Shown piece by piece: positions 46,340 through 57,457 of a stretch of 64,000 bases of DNA. Origin of the DNA: an uncultured Acidobacteriaceae bacterium (GTDB lineage: Bacteria; Acidobacteriota; Terriglobia; Terriglobales; Acidobacteriaceae). The notes under the pieces were generated by a model that had not been told where the DNA came from, did no database searches, and worked only from the letters and a program-made list of their open reading frames with translations. How positions within the stretch are numbered: the stretch's first letter is position 1; every line of letters starts with the position of its first letter. Location: the NCBI GenBank assembly GCA_963826915.1, contig CAWGYG010000008.1, forward strand, positions 69,485 to 133,484, in the 5' to 3' direction. A program made the position numbers and the translations under genes.

Positions 46340-46702
46340 ATGAAGAAGGTTCTTGCAGTGGATGATTCATCAAGCGTGAGACAGATGGTATGTTTCACAT
46401 TGCGCAAAGCCGGCTATGAAACAGCTGAGGCGGTCGATGGCAGAGATGGCCTGGCCAAGTCTTCCGCTCAAAAGTTCGACCTGGTTATCACCGACCTCAA
46501 CATGCCAAACATAGACGGCATCCAGATGATTTCGGCGATTCGCAAGCTGCCCGGTTATACATTTACACCCATCCTCATGCTGACCACCGAGTCGCAGGCG
46601 GAGAAAAAACACGCTGGCCGTAAGGCCGGAGCAACTGGATGGATCGTGAAGCCCTTCAACCCCGATCAATTGGTCGCTGCGTTGTCGAAGCTAATCAGAT
46701 AA
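46340..46702 (+). CDS. cheY: CheY-like single-domain response regulator
   Basis: MKKVLAVDDSSSVRQM...DLVITDLNMPNIDG...LTTE...KPF. GGAG SD before ATG 46340. Confidence 0.9.
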   Translation: MKKVLAVDDSSSVRQMVCFTLRKAGYETAEAVDGRDGLAKSSAQKFDLVITDLNMPNIDGIQMISAIRKLPGYTFTPILMLTTESQAEKKHAGRKAGATGWIVKPFNPDQLVAALSKLIR

Positions 46703-46917
46703 CGGATATGGCCCTTCTCCGAATCGCAATCCGGGCACCTCATAACGGGACTCCGACTGTCGAACTCGCTCTTTTTGGGAATCCCCGCGAAGGAATAAAG
46801 CCTTCTGCTCCCAAATTGACCAAAACCCTCCGATATAGATGATTCAGCGACAGGTACAGAACGGCCAGGTGTGGCCGGCGTCTTGTGTCATTGGTATCCG
46901 CCTGCGGGGAGTCTCAC

Positions 46918-47259
46918 GTGCCAATCCGCTTAGATCAAAGTCAAACGCCAGAAACCATCTTCTTAGAGGGTGCAATCGACATTTCATCCGCGGCGGAGTT
47001 GAAGCGGGCCCTCATTGAGGCTGTTGATTCAAGAATCGGATTTCTAGTCTCTCTCGCCCGCACGACCGCGCTGGATGTAACGACCTTGCAATTGCTCCAC
47101 GCTGCCGAACGTGAAGCTGAAACTTCAGGAATTGGGTTCCGTATCGTTGGACCCCTATCTGGCGAGATCTTGGCTTCGTTTCGCGATGTCGACTTGCAGC
47201 CTCCTCTTATATGCGAAGAGACAAACCAGGAAAGCGGGGAAGTCTCGTGTCGACCGTAG
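46918..47259 (+). CDS. STAS-domain protein (anti-sigma-factor-antagonist fold)
   Basis: IFLEGAIDISSAAELKRALIEAV...VSLARTTALDVTTLQLLHAAEREAETSGIGFRIVGP. GTG 46918 behind GGGGAG. The track ORF begins at 46885. Confidence 0.7.
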   Translation: MPIRLDQSQTPETIFLEGAIDISSAAELKRALIEAVDSRIGFLVSLARTTALDVTTLQLLHAAEREAETSGIGFRIVGPLSGEILASFRDVDLQPPLICEETNQESGEVSCRP

Positions 47260-49304
47260 GAAACGTTGACAGCTTCAAGCAGGGCTTCCTCGACGAGGCG
47301 AGAGAGATCGTTATCGAGCTCGAGACTGCTCTGCTTGAACTCGGCGAAGCCCGCTCCAACACGCAGCTCACTGGGCAGGTTTTTCGCGGTCTCCATACCC
47401 TTAAAGGGTCCGGCTCCATGTTTGGATTCGACAAGCTTGCCGCTTTTCTGCACGACCTCGAGACCGCCTTCGACGCAGTGCGCAACGGCCGGCTTGCAGT
47501 GACCCCAGAACTAATTGACTTGACCCTTGCCGCTCTTGACCAGGTCAAGGCAATGCTTGAAGAGGGGAGTTGCACAATTACCACAGTTCCCTCGGCATGC
47601 GCGGAGATCCTGGCCGGAGTACGTAACCTCATCGGATTCTCAGAGAGCCGTACAAAAGAAGAAGAGACAAATCAGCCGAGTTCCCCCGTAAAAACCGCGC
47701 TGCAGGAATGGCATATTCATTTCGCTCCAGGCCCGGATTTCATGCGAAGCGGCGCCGACCCACTGCTGCTATTCCGCGAACTCAAACAGCTTGGTGCCCT
47801 TTCTGTCCAGGCAAGCATGGCATTCCTCCCGCCTCTGCGTGAGCTTGACCCAGAGCGGTGTTACGTCAGTTGGGATGCCACACTCACGGCCGCGACCGAT
47901 CGCGATGGAATAAAGGATGTCTTCATCTTCGTTGAAGATCAATGCGAACTGACCATTGAACCTGTTGACATCGTTCCCTCGCCCGCAGCAGCAAGCCCAG
48001 CCTTGCCTTGCGCCGAGAAACGCTCAGCGTCTACTGGCCGGCGAGAATACGAAAAACAGGATAACGCGGCCTCGAACATACGCGTACCCGCTGCCAAGCT
48101 GGATCAGTATGTCGATCTCGTGGGCGAGCTCGTCACGGTGCAGGCACGTCTCAGCGAGATTGCAGTGCGCCGCGACGATCCCGACGTGCTGGCGGTGTCA
48201 GAGGAAGTGGAACGCCTGACAGCAGCACTCCGTGACAACTCCATGAACATCCGAATGCTCCCGATTCGTGGAACCTTCGAACGATTTCGGAGGTTGGTCC
48301 ACGACCTCGCGCGCGACCTTGACAAGGACGTGGAGTTAACCATCGAAGGCGCAGATACCGAACTCGACAAAACCGTAATCGACCAGTTGAGCGACCCATT
48401 GATGCATTTGATTCGCAACAGCATGGATCACGGCATTGAGGCTCACGAAGTTCGCGCCGCTCGTGGCAAGCGGAGTACTGCAAATATTCATCTTTCCGCA
48501 AGGCATTCGGGTGCCAGCGTACTCATTTCCGTCTCCGATGACGGGGCCGGCATCGACAAAGACGCCGTACACAGTCGCGCCGTCAAAAGAGGTTTGGCGT
48601 CTCCCGATACGCCTCTTAGCGAAGCGGATATCTTTGCATTCATCTTCCAGCCCGGTTTTTCTACGGCTAAGCAAATCACCGACGTTTCAGGTCGCGGCGT
48701 AGGTTTGGATGTAGTTCGACAGCGCGTCGATGCGTTGCGAGGAGCGATCGAGATTACGAGTAAGGCAGGCGAGGGAACCGTCATCACGCTGCGGCTGCCT
48801 CTGACTCTCGCCATCATCGATGGTCTTCTTGTGAGCGTGGGATTGTCCTATTTCGTTCTGCCCCTAGCCAACGCGCTGGAGTGCATCGAACTGACTCGTG
48901 ATGACGTTCGACGAACCAACGGGAAGCATATGGCCAACGTCCGGGGTGAAATCGTTCCATACATCTGCCTGCGCGAATACTTTGACATTCGTGCCCCGCG
49001 CCCGGATCGCGAACAAATCATGGTGGTCGAAACCGAGGAGGGGCGCTATGGCTTGGTCATCGATGAAGTGCTGGGCAATTGCCAGACGGTAATCAAGAAT
49101 CTGGGCCGCTTTTATCGCCATGTTCAAGTGGTTTCCGGCGCCACCATTCTTGGGAATGGAACGGTGGCGCTCATACTCGATGCGCATCGCCTTGTGCTCG
49201 AAGCAATACGCGCATCATCACCTGCCAGCCATTCCGGGCACGTCGCCGCTTCCGCAAAGGACAGCGCGCGATCGAGAGAAGGTGCATCACTGAAAGCCCC
49301 TTAA
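47247..49304 (+). CDS. cheA: Chemotaxis histidine kinase CheA (Hpt-P3-HATPase-CheW-like, no receiver)
   Basis: Hpt FRGLHTLKGSGSMFG, N-box HLIRNSMDHGIE, G1 DDGAGID, F-box FQPGFST, G2 GRGVGLDVV, and a P5 CheW-like C-terminus. GTG 47247 behind GGGGAAG. Confidence 0.9.
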   Translation: MSTVGNVDSFKQGFLDEAREIVIELETALLELGEARSNTQLTGQVFRGLHTLKGSGSMFGFDKLAAFLHDLETAFDAVRNGRLAVTPELIDLTLAALDQVKAMLEEGSCTITTVPSACAEILAGVRNLIGFSESRTKEEETNQPSSPVKTALQEWHIHFAPGPDFMRSGADPLLLFRELKQLGALSVQASMAFLPPLRELDPERCYVSWDATLTAATDRDGIKDVFIFVEDQCELTIEPVDIVPSPAAASPALPCAEKRSASTGRREYEKQDNAASNIRVPAAKLDQYVDLVGELVTVQARLSEIAVRRDDPDVLAVSEEVERLTAALRDNSMNIRMLPIRGTFERFRRLVHDLARDLDKDVELTIEGADTELDKTVIDQLSDPLMHLIRNSMDHGIEAHEVRAARGKRSTANIHLSARHSGASVLISVSDDGAGIDKDAVHSRAVKRGLASPDTPLSEADIFAFIFQPGFSTAKQITDVSGRGVGLDVVRQRVDALRGAIEITSKAGEGTVITLRLPLTLAIIDGLLVSVGLSYFVLPLANALECIELTRDDVRRTNGKHMANVRGEIVPYICLREYFDIRAPRPDREQIMVVETEEGRYGLVIDEVLGNCQTVIKNLGRFYRHVQVVSGATILGNGTVALILDAHRLVLEAIRASSPASHSGHVAASAKDSARSREGASLKAP

Positions 49305-49458
49305 GGGCTGAAGTTCGCACTGGGCCGAGTTCCAGTGCCAGTCAAAAACCATTAACCAGTCGGATCCTTTTTCTCCGCAATCCACGTCACCCGGTCAGCG
49401 GTGAACGGAGCGCTGGAGCCGGGGATGGAAGTGATCCGCGCGGAGAGGGGCGAATTTC

Positions 49459-51696
49459 ATGCCGACTACATTGGAAAGTGAAAGCCGGAAGGTGCGCAGT
49501 GGCGGGAACGGACACGGCAACGGACACAGCGCACAAGAGAAACCAATAATTGCAGGACAGTTCGAAGCAGACGAAACGGCGCAGGTACTGGCAGAAATCA
49601 TGCGCCTGGTCGATGCCTCAAAGGAAGGGCGTCTCTCTGAGCGCGGCAAAGCCACGCTGTTCAACGGCCTCCATCGCGAGATGATTCAGGGCGTAAACGA
49701 AATGCTAGATGCAATTCTGGTGCCGATTGGTGAGGGAAACCGCGTACTTGCACAGATTTCATCGGGCAAAATTGACGAGCTGATCAGCCAGACATATAAG
49801 GGCGATCACGAAAAGATGAAGGTGGCCGTCAACAATGTGGCTCACGTTCTTCAGGCCCTCCACAACGGGTTTGCGCGGCTAATGCAATCCGCGAAGGATG
49901 GGAATCTCGCCGATCGGGGAAGAACGGAATTGTTCCAGGGCGCATTCGCCGAAATTGTTAACGACATCAACGCCATTCTCGATGCGATTCTACTCCCCAT
50001 CGGCGAAGGCAACCGTATCCTGGCTCAAGTGTCGAATGGCAAGATCGACGAGCTGATCAACCAGACTTACAAGGGTGATCACGAGAAGATGAAGCAGGCC
50101 ATCAACAATGTTGCCATCGTCGTTCAAAGCCTTCAAAAGGAAATGGCGCGTCTTACCGAAGCATCCAGAGAGGGACAGCTTTCGGACCGTGGAAAGCCGG
50201 AGCAATTTCAGGGTGCCTATGCGGAAATCGTTCGCGGCGTCAACACCATGCTCGATGCGATTCTTCTCCCCATCGGCGAAGGCAATCGCATCCTGGCCCA
50301 AGTGTCGAACGGCAAAATTGACGAACTGATCACCCAGACCTACAAGGGCGATCACGAAAAGATGAAGCAGGCCATCAACAACGTTGCTGAGGTCCTGCAG
50401 GGATTACAGAGAGAACTCGCCCGCCTGACCGAAGCGGCAAATGCGGGAAAGCTGATCGAACGCGGCCAACATGATCAGTTCCGTGGCGCCTACGCTGAAA
50501 TCGTACGCGGCGTAAATGCGGTACTCGATGCCGTGATCAGCCCGCTGAATGTTTCCGCGAAGTACGTTGAATTGATCAGCAAAGGCGACATTCCATCCCA
50601 AATCACCGACACCTACAATGGCGATTTCAACCTCATCAAGAACAACTTGAATTCGCTCATCGTCGCGATGAACGACATCACTGCGGCCGCCGAAGAGATT
50701 GCCAACGGAAACCTGACGGTCGAACTTCGCGAGCGTTCTCAGCAGGACAAGCTCATGCAGGCTCTCGGTTCAATGGTTGGCGGACTCACGCGGACAGTCT
50801 CCGATATCCGTGCGATTGCCGGAGAAGTCTCGGCTGCCAGCCAGTCCATTTCCACGGCCTCCGTGCAGGTGTCGAAGGGCGCAAGCTCCCAGGCGGCCGC
50901 TGCCGAAGAGGCATCTTCCTCGATGGAAGAAATGGTTTCCAATATCAAACAGAATGCCGACAATGCACAACAAACTGACAAGATTGCGAATAAGTCGGCC
51001 AAAGACGCGCAGGAAAGCGGCAAGTCGGTGCTCGAAGCCGTCGCAGCGATGAAGGAGATTGCCAACAAGATCTCCATCATCGAGGAGATTGCGCGCCAGA
51101 CCAATTTGCTGGCTCTGAATGCGGCAATCGAAGCGGCCCGTGCCGGTGAGCATGGCAAGGGATTCGCCGTGGTTGCGGCCGAGGTACGCAAACTGGCCGA
51201 ACGCAGCCAGAAGGCAGCCGCCGAAATCAATCAGCTGTCGGCCACAACGCTCAAGGTCTCTGAAAAATCCGGCGAAATGCTCGACAAACTCGTGCCCGAC
51301 ATCCAGCGCACCGCTGAGTTGGTTCAGGAGATCTCAGCTGCCAGCAAGGAGCAGGACACCGGTGCCGAACAGATAAACAAAGCATTGCAGCAGTTGGAAC
51401 AGGTGATTCAGCAGAATGCGTCTGCTTCAGAAGAAATGGCTTCGACGACTGAAGAGTTGACCGGTCAGTCCGATCAACTAGTAAGTGCGCTGGCCTTCTT
51501 CCACACCGGTGACGAGGATGGAACTCCCGTGCGAAAGGCACCCGGCAAGCCGGCAAGGCATCTGCAAGCCGCACCGGCAAGGAGCGCGAAGCCCGGCGTT
51601 CACACTGCTGCGGCCAAGCCCGGCACGAAAGCCGGAGTTAGTCTCCGGCTCAAAGACAAGAACGATGACCTCGACGGAGAGTTCGAACGCTACTGA
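49459..51696 (+). CDS. Cytoplasmic methyl-accepting chemotaxis protein with four 91-aa N-terminal tandem repeats, HAMP-like segment and canonical signalling domain
   Basis: Tip motif [40 protein letters not shown]. Glu/Gln-rich methylation helices. No hydrophobic TM segment. Confidence 0.9.
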   Translation: MPTTLESESRKVRSGGNGHGNGHSAQEKPIIAGQFEADETAQVLAEIMRLVDASKEGRLSERGKATLFNGLHREMIQGVNEMLDAILVPIGEGNRVLAQISSGKIDELISQTYKGDHEKMKVAVNNVAHVLQALHNGFARLMQSAKDGNLADRGRTELFQGAFAEIVNDINAILDAILLPIGEGNRILAQVSNGKIDELINQTYKGDHEKMKQAINNVAIVVQSLQKEMARLTEASREGQLSDRGKPEQFQGAYAEIVRGVNTMLDAILLPIGEGNRILAQVSNGKIDELITQTYKGDHEKMKQAINNVAEVLQGLQRELARLTEAANAGKLIERGQHDQFRGAYAEIVRGVNAVLDAVISPLNVSAKYVELISKGDIPSQITDTYNGDFNLIKNNLNSLIVAMNDITAAAEEIANGNLTVELRERSQQDKLMQALGSMVGGLTRTVSDIRAIAGEVSAASQSISTASVQVSKGASSQAAAAEEASSSMEEMVSNIKQNADNAQQTDKIANKSAKDAQESGKSVLEAVAAMKEIANKISIIEEIARQTNLLALNAAIEAARAGEHGKGFAVVAAEVRKLAERSQKAAAEINQLSATTLKVSEKSGEMLDKLVPDIQRTAELVQEISAASKEQDTGAEQINKALQQLEQVIQQNASASEEMASTTEELTGQSDQLVSALAFFHTGDEDGTPVRKAPGKPARHLQAAPARSAKPGVHTAAAKPGTKAGVSLRLKDKNDDLDGEFERY
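49591..50688 (+). repeat. Four in-frame tandem repeats, period 273 nt (91 aa), inside the MCP gene
   Basis: The PIGEGNR / PLNVSAK landmark recurs at aa 89, 180, 271 and 362. Copies 2 and 3 (for example 49990-50115 versus 50263-50388) are about 89 percent identical in DNA, and nearly all differences are synonymous third-position changes. Confidence 0.85.
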
Positions 51697-51795
51697 CCGG
51701 TCGGTCACGGGCCGCATTCATGCGGCCCGTGGCCTGGGCGCCTTTCTTTAATGAGAAAAGCGCCGCTGTCTTCAGAATGCGAAAAGGAGCAGATT

Positions 51796-52308
51796 ATGAG
51801 CGTTACTGAAATCACGGAGACACGGCAGTATCTGACCTTCAAGCTCGGCAACGAGATCTTTGCGACCGATGTTGCAAAGGTAAGGGAAGTGCTCGACCTG
51901 ACCACCATCACCGCGATCCCGCGAACACCCGACTTTATGAGCGGAGTCATCAATCTTCGCGGCAGCGTGGTGCCTGTCGTCGACCTGCGACTGTGCTTTG
52001 AAATGTCAAAGACTGAAAAGACGCGCAATACCTGCATTGTGGTTGTTGAGGTGTTGCTTGAAAACGAATCCACCGTTATCGGCGCGCTTGCCGATTCGGT
52101 GGAGGAGGTGATCGACCTGGAGCCGGACCAGATCCAGCCAGCGCCGCGCATCGGAACCCAGATTCGCACCGACTTCATCAAGGGGATGGGAAAGCGCGAC
52201 ACGCAGTTCATCATGATCCTCGACATAGATCGCGTTTTTTCTGCAGGCGAGCTCACCGCGATTCATGGCCAGGAAACCAGCAAGCCGCCCGCCGATGCGG
52301 CAGCCTGA
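51796..52308 (+). CDS. cheW: CheW coupling protein
   Basis: QYLTFKLGNEIFATDVAKVREVLDL...IPRTPDFMSGVINLRGSVVPVVDLR. AAGGAG SD before ATG 51796. Confidence 0.9.
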   Translation: MSVTEITETRQYLTFKLGNEIFATDVAKVREVLDLTTITAIPRTPDFMSGVINLRGSVVPVVDLRLCFEMSKTEKTRNTCIVVVEVLLENESTVIGALADSVEEVIDLEPDQIQPAPRIGTQIRTDFIKGMGKRDTQFIMILDIDRVFSAGELTAIHGQETSKPPADAAA

Positions 52309-52348
52309 AGGAGGGAGAACGGGGCGCGAACTGCGCTCCGTTCGCACC

Positions 52349-53186
52349 ATGAGCGCCCACGATGAGAGCATCTCCACACGAGACTACACCCGCCTTTGCG
52401 GCCTGATCTATTCCAGCGCCGGAATTCACCTGGGCGACGGGAAAAAGACGATGCTCGAGTCAAGGGTCAGACGCCGGCTGAAAGAACTGAACATCGGCTC
52501 GTTTGCCCAGTATTGCGATTACCTGTTCGGACCAAAATGCGCCAAAGAGGAGATTGTCCACTTCCTCGACGTGGTGACAACCAACAAGACAGATTTCTTT
52601 CGCGAGCCGGGCCACTTCACGTTCCTAACCGAAAAAGCACTCCCGGATTTCTCGGCACGCGCTGACTTTGGAAAGCAATTTCTGATCTGGAGCGCAGGCT
52701 GCTCCAGCGGCGAAGAACCGTACACCATGGCGATGGTGCTCAGCGAGTACGCCCGGACTCATCCCGGATTTCATTTCAGAATTCTGGCAACCGACATCTC
52801 CACCACTGTCCTAAAACATGCCGAACAAGGCGTTTACGCCAACGATTTGGTCGCTCCTGTGCCTGCTGCTCTCCGACGGAAATACTTTATGCGCAGTCGC
52901 GATCCGAATTTCTCAAAGATGCGCATCGTCCCCGAATTGAGAAAACTCGTCGAGTTTCGCCGACTCAATTTCATGGACACAGACTACGGAGTCCATGAGG
53001 AAGCCGACGCGATCTTTTGCAGGAACGTGATTATCTATTTCGATCGCCCTACCCAGGAGCGAATCCTACGTAACCTCTCTTCACACCTCGCACCAGGCGG
53101 ATTCATGTTCGTTGGCCACGCTGAGACCTTGCACGATATGAATCTTCCACTTATTCCGGTTGCTCCAGCGCTCTATAGGAAGCTCG

Positions 53187-53200
<14 letters not shown>
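52349..53200 (+). CDS. cheR: Chemotaxis protein methyltransferase CheR
   Basis: N-terminal helical domain (DYTRLCGLIYSSAGIHL...KKTMLESRVRRRL), TNKTDFFRE, the SAM-binding IWSAGCSSGEEPYTMAM, and FCRNVIIYFD. Confidence 0.9.
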
Positions 53201-54808
<1,608 letters not shown>

Positions 54809-54877
54809 AGTTGCCCTCTTTTCCTGTCTTGCGAATTCCTGCAGGGCCCGAGGTGCGAAATAGTGTAGATTTGCCGC

Positions 54878-55426
54878 ATGCACCGGAGCCATCCGCTTGC
54901 CGGCATCTCAAACCGCGCCATCCGTGCTTTCTTACTTGTACCCCTGTTCGGACTCTGCGCATTCGGCGGTTTCCTGCCAGACAAGCCACTTGAACCTCCC
55001 CAAAAGGCCGATTCCATTCTCATCCTGAAAAAGGCACATACCCTCGAACTGATATCCGGCGGTAAAGTGATCCGAACCTACACGGTAGCTCTAGGCCGAG
55101 GAGGTCTTGCTCCCGGGCAGCGAGAAGGTGACGAGCTTACCCCCGAGGGCCACTACACGATCGACGCCAAAAATGCGAACAGCGCTTATCACCGCGCCCT
55201 CCACATCTCCTATCCCAATTCCGAGGATCGCAAACGCGCCGTGGCTCTCGGTCAGAACCCCGGCGGAGCGGTGATGATCCACGGTCTGCCCAACGGCAAG
55301 GGTTGGGTCGGAGCTTCCCACCGTCTTTACGACTGGACTTTGGGCTGTATTGCCGTCACTGACCAGGAGATCGATGAAATCTGGAATCTTGTTCCCGTTG
55401 GGACCCCGGTGGAGATCCGGCCGTAA
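54878..55426 (+). CDS. L,D-transpeptidase (YkuD/ErfK family)
   Basis: N-terminal hydrophobic signal/anchor, then the catalytic region MIHGLPNG...WTLGCIAVTDQEIDEIW (His...Gly-Cys motif). Confidence 0.8.
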   Translation: MHRSHPLAGISNRAIRAFLLVPLFGLCAFGGFLPDKPLEPPQKADSILILKKAHTLELISGGKVIRTYTVALGRGGLAPGQREGDELTPEGHYTIDAKNANSAYHRALHISYPNSEDRKRAVALGQNPGGAVMIHGLPNGKGWVGASHRLYDWTLGCIAVTDQEIDEIWNLVPVGTPVEIRP

Positions 55427-55457
55427 TGCTCACCTCTCTCTGCGAAAATGGAGTTAA

Positions 55458-57419
55458 ATGCTGTCTCTGCAAAATGCCGGAAAGCGGTTCGGGCCGCGTG
55501 TTCTCTTTCTTGAAGCCAACTGGCTTATCCGCAGCAAGGAGAAAACGGCGCTCGTCGGCGCCAACGGCACCGGCAAGTCCACGCTGATGAAGGTGCTTGC
55601 AGCACTGGAATCGCTCGATTACGGAGCACTGCAACAGACGCGCGGCATGAGCATCGGCTATCTCCCGCAGGAAGGCTTGCGACTAACGGGCCGTACCGTA
55701 TTTGATGAGTGCCTCGCCGTCTTTGACGAGTTGCACGCCATGGAAGGCGAGATTGAGCGCCTTGCCGGACAGCTTGCCGAACTCGATCACGCCACTCCGG
55801 AGTACGAATCCGCCGCTGAACGCTACTCGTTGCTGCAGGAGCGATTTCACGCGCTGGATGGCTATGCGCTCGATGCGCAAGTGGGTACAGTGCTCACTGG
55901 GCTTGGATTTGACAAGGAAGACTGGGCGCGCCAGACCGATGAGTTCTCCGGCGGCTGGCAGATGCGGATTGCGCTGGCCAAGCTTCTTCTCGCCAAGCCC
56001 AACCTGCTCCTTCTCGACGAACCAACCAATCATCTCGACCTTGAAACACGCAACTGGCTTGAGGATTATCTCCGAACTTATCCTTTCGGCTACATCCTCA
56101 TCTCCCACGATCGTTATTTCCTTGATGTCACCATCGACCGTACGGTCGAAATCTGGAACAAGCGACTCACGATCTACCATGGCAACTTCTCAAAGTATTT
56201 AACGCAGAAGGATGAGCGCCGCGCGCAACTCCAGGCTGCGTGGCGCAACCAGCGCGACCAGATCGAGCATCTCGAGGCCTTTATCAACCGCTTCCGCGCC
56301 CAGGCCACGAAAGCTAAACAAGTTCAGAGCCGCATCAAGGAACTCGAGAAGATTGAGCGTATCGAAATTCCTGAAGAAGAGCCTGTCATTCATTTCAAAT
56401 TTCCGCAGCCTCCGCCATCTGGACGCATGGTTGTTGAGGCCGAGGCACTGGCAAAGAGTTACGGCCCCAAGCTTGTATTCTCGGGCGCGCGCTTTTCCAT
56501 TGAACGCGGCGACCGCGTCGCGCTTGTTGGCGTCAACGGAGCGGGCAAGTCCACGCTCATTAAACTGCTCACCGGAGTTGAAGCACCAACGTCAGGGACC
56601 GTGCGTCTCGGTCACAATGTGGTCAGCGAGTACTTTGCACAGGACCAATACAAGGTGCTCGACGGCGACGCACGCATGCTCGACGACATAAGCCGCGCCG
56701 CGCTGAAAGTACCCGAATCTGAGTTGCGTTCCCTTCTGGGCTGCTTTCTCTTCAGTGGCGACGACGTATTCAAACCCCTCGGCGTGCTCTCCGGCGGCGA
56801 ACGCAACCGCTACGCGCTGGCGCGCATTCTCGTCTCTCCGTCAAACTTCCTGCTGCTTGACGAGCCGACGAATCACCTCGACATGCGAGCCAAAGATGTA
56901 TTGCTCGAAGCGATCGCAGCATTTTCCGGCACCGTTGTTTTTGTCTCCCATGACCGATACTTCATAGACCGGCTAGCCACTCGCGTGATCGAAGTGGAAA
57001 GCGGCGCCATCACCACCTACGAAGGCAACTACGAAGATTACCTGCGCAGGAAAGAGGCGCAAGCAGCGGGTAAGACCTCGGCCGAATCCGCCGCAAAACC
57101 CATAATCCACGAACCTGCAGCGCCCTCCGCCACCACCTCGGACTTGCCTGAATCAGACAGCGTGAAAGACCGCCCCCGTCGTCTCAACCCCATCAAGCAG
57201 AAGCAAATGGAAGACCGTTGCGTTTTCCTCGAAGAAGAGATTCCTCGCATCGAAGCCTCCGTCGCGCACACCGAAGAGCAGTTGGGAGTTTACATTTCTG
57301 CGGCTGAAACGCAGCGCCTGACCGATCTCGCCGCCGAGCTACGCGAGCAGCTGACCGCCCTCACCGCGGAGTGGGGAGAGCTGACAGTACAGTTGGACAG
57401 CCAGACGACAATCTCCTGA
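55458..57419 (+). CDS. ABC-F family ATPase (two ABC cassettes, no TM domain; translation-factor class)
   Basis: Two Walker A motifs (GANGTGKST, GVNGAGKST), two signature motifs (FSGGWQMR, LSGGERNR), two Walker B motifs (LLLLDEPTNHLD), an inter-domain linker and a C-terminal coiled coil. Confidence 0.9.
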   Translation: MLSLQNAGKRFGPRVLFLEANWLIRSKEKTALVGANGTGKSTLMKVLAALESLDYGALQQTRGMSIGYLPQEGLRLTGRTVFDECLAVFDELHAMEGEIERLAGQLAELDHATPEYESAAERYSLLQERFHALDGYALDAQVGTVLTGLGFDKEDWARQTDEFSGGWQMRIALAKLLLAKPNLLLLDEPTNHLDLETRNWLEDYLRTYPFGYILISHDRYFLDVTIDRTVEIWNKRLTIYHGNFSKYLTQKDERRAQLQAAWRNQRDQIEHLEAFINRFRAQATKAKQVQSRIKELEKIERIEIPEEEPVIHFKFPQPPPSGRMVVEAEALAKSYGPKLVFSGARFSIERGDRVALVGVNGAGKSTLIKLLTGVEAPTSGTVRLGHNVVSEYFAQDQYKVLDGDARMLDDISRAALKVPESELRSLLGCFLFSGDDVFKPLGVLSGGERNRYALARILVSPSNFLLLDEPTNHLDMRAKDVLLEAIAAFSGTVVFVSHDRYFIDRLATRVIEVESGAITTYEGNYEDYLRRKEAQAAGKTSAESAAKPIIHEPAAPSATTSDLPESDSVKDRPRRLNPIKQKQMEDRCVFLEEEIPRIEASVAHTEEQLGVYISAAETQRLTDLAAELREQLTALTAEWGELTVQLDSQTTIS

Positions 57420-57457
57420 GACGGCCCTCACATCCGGTCGTGCATAATCAAATCAAG

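Noticed and set aside
45492-46373. 293-aa minus-strand ORF (and the similar 44364-45110 ORF) opposite the 584-aa MCP-like gene
   Set aside because: These are shadow ORFs antisense to a gene with recognisable receptor motifs and operon context. They have no SD and no motif.
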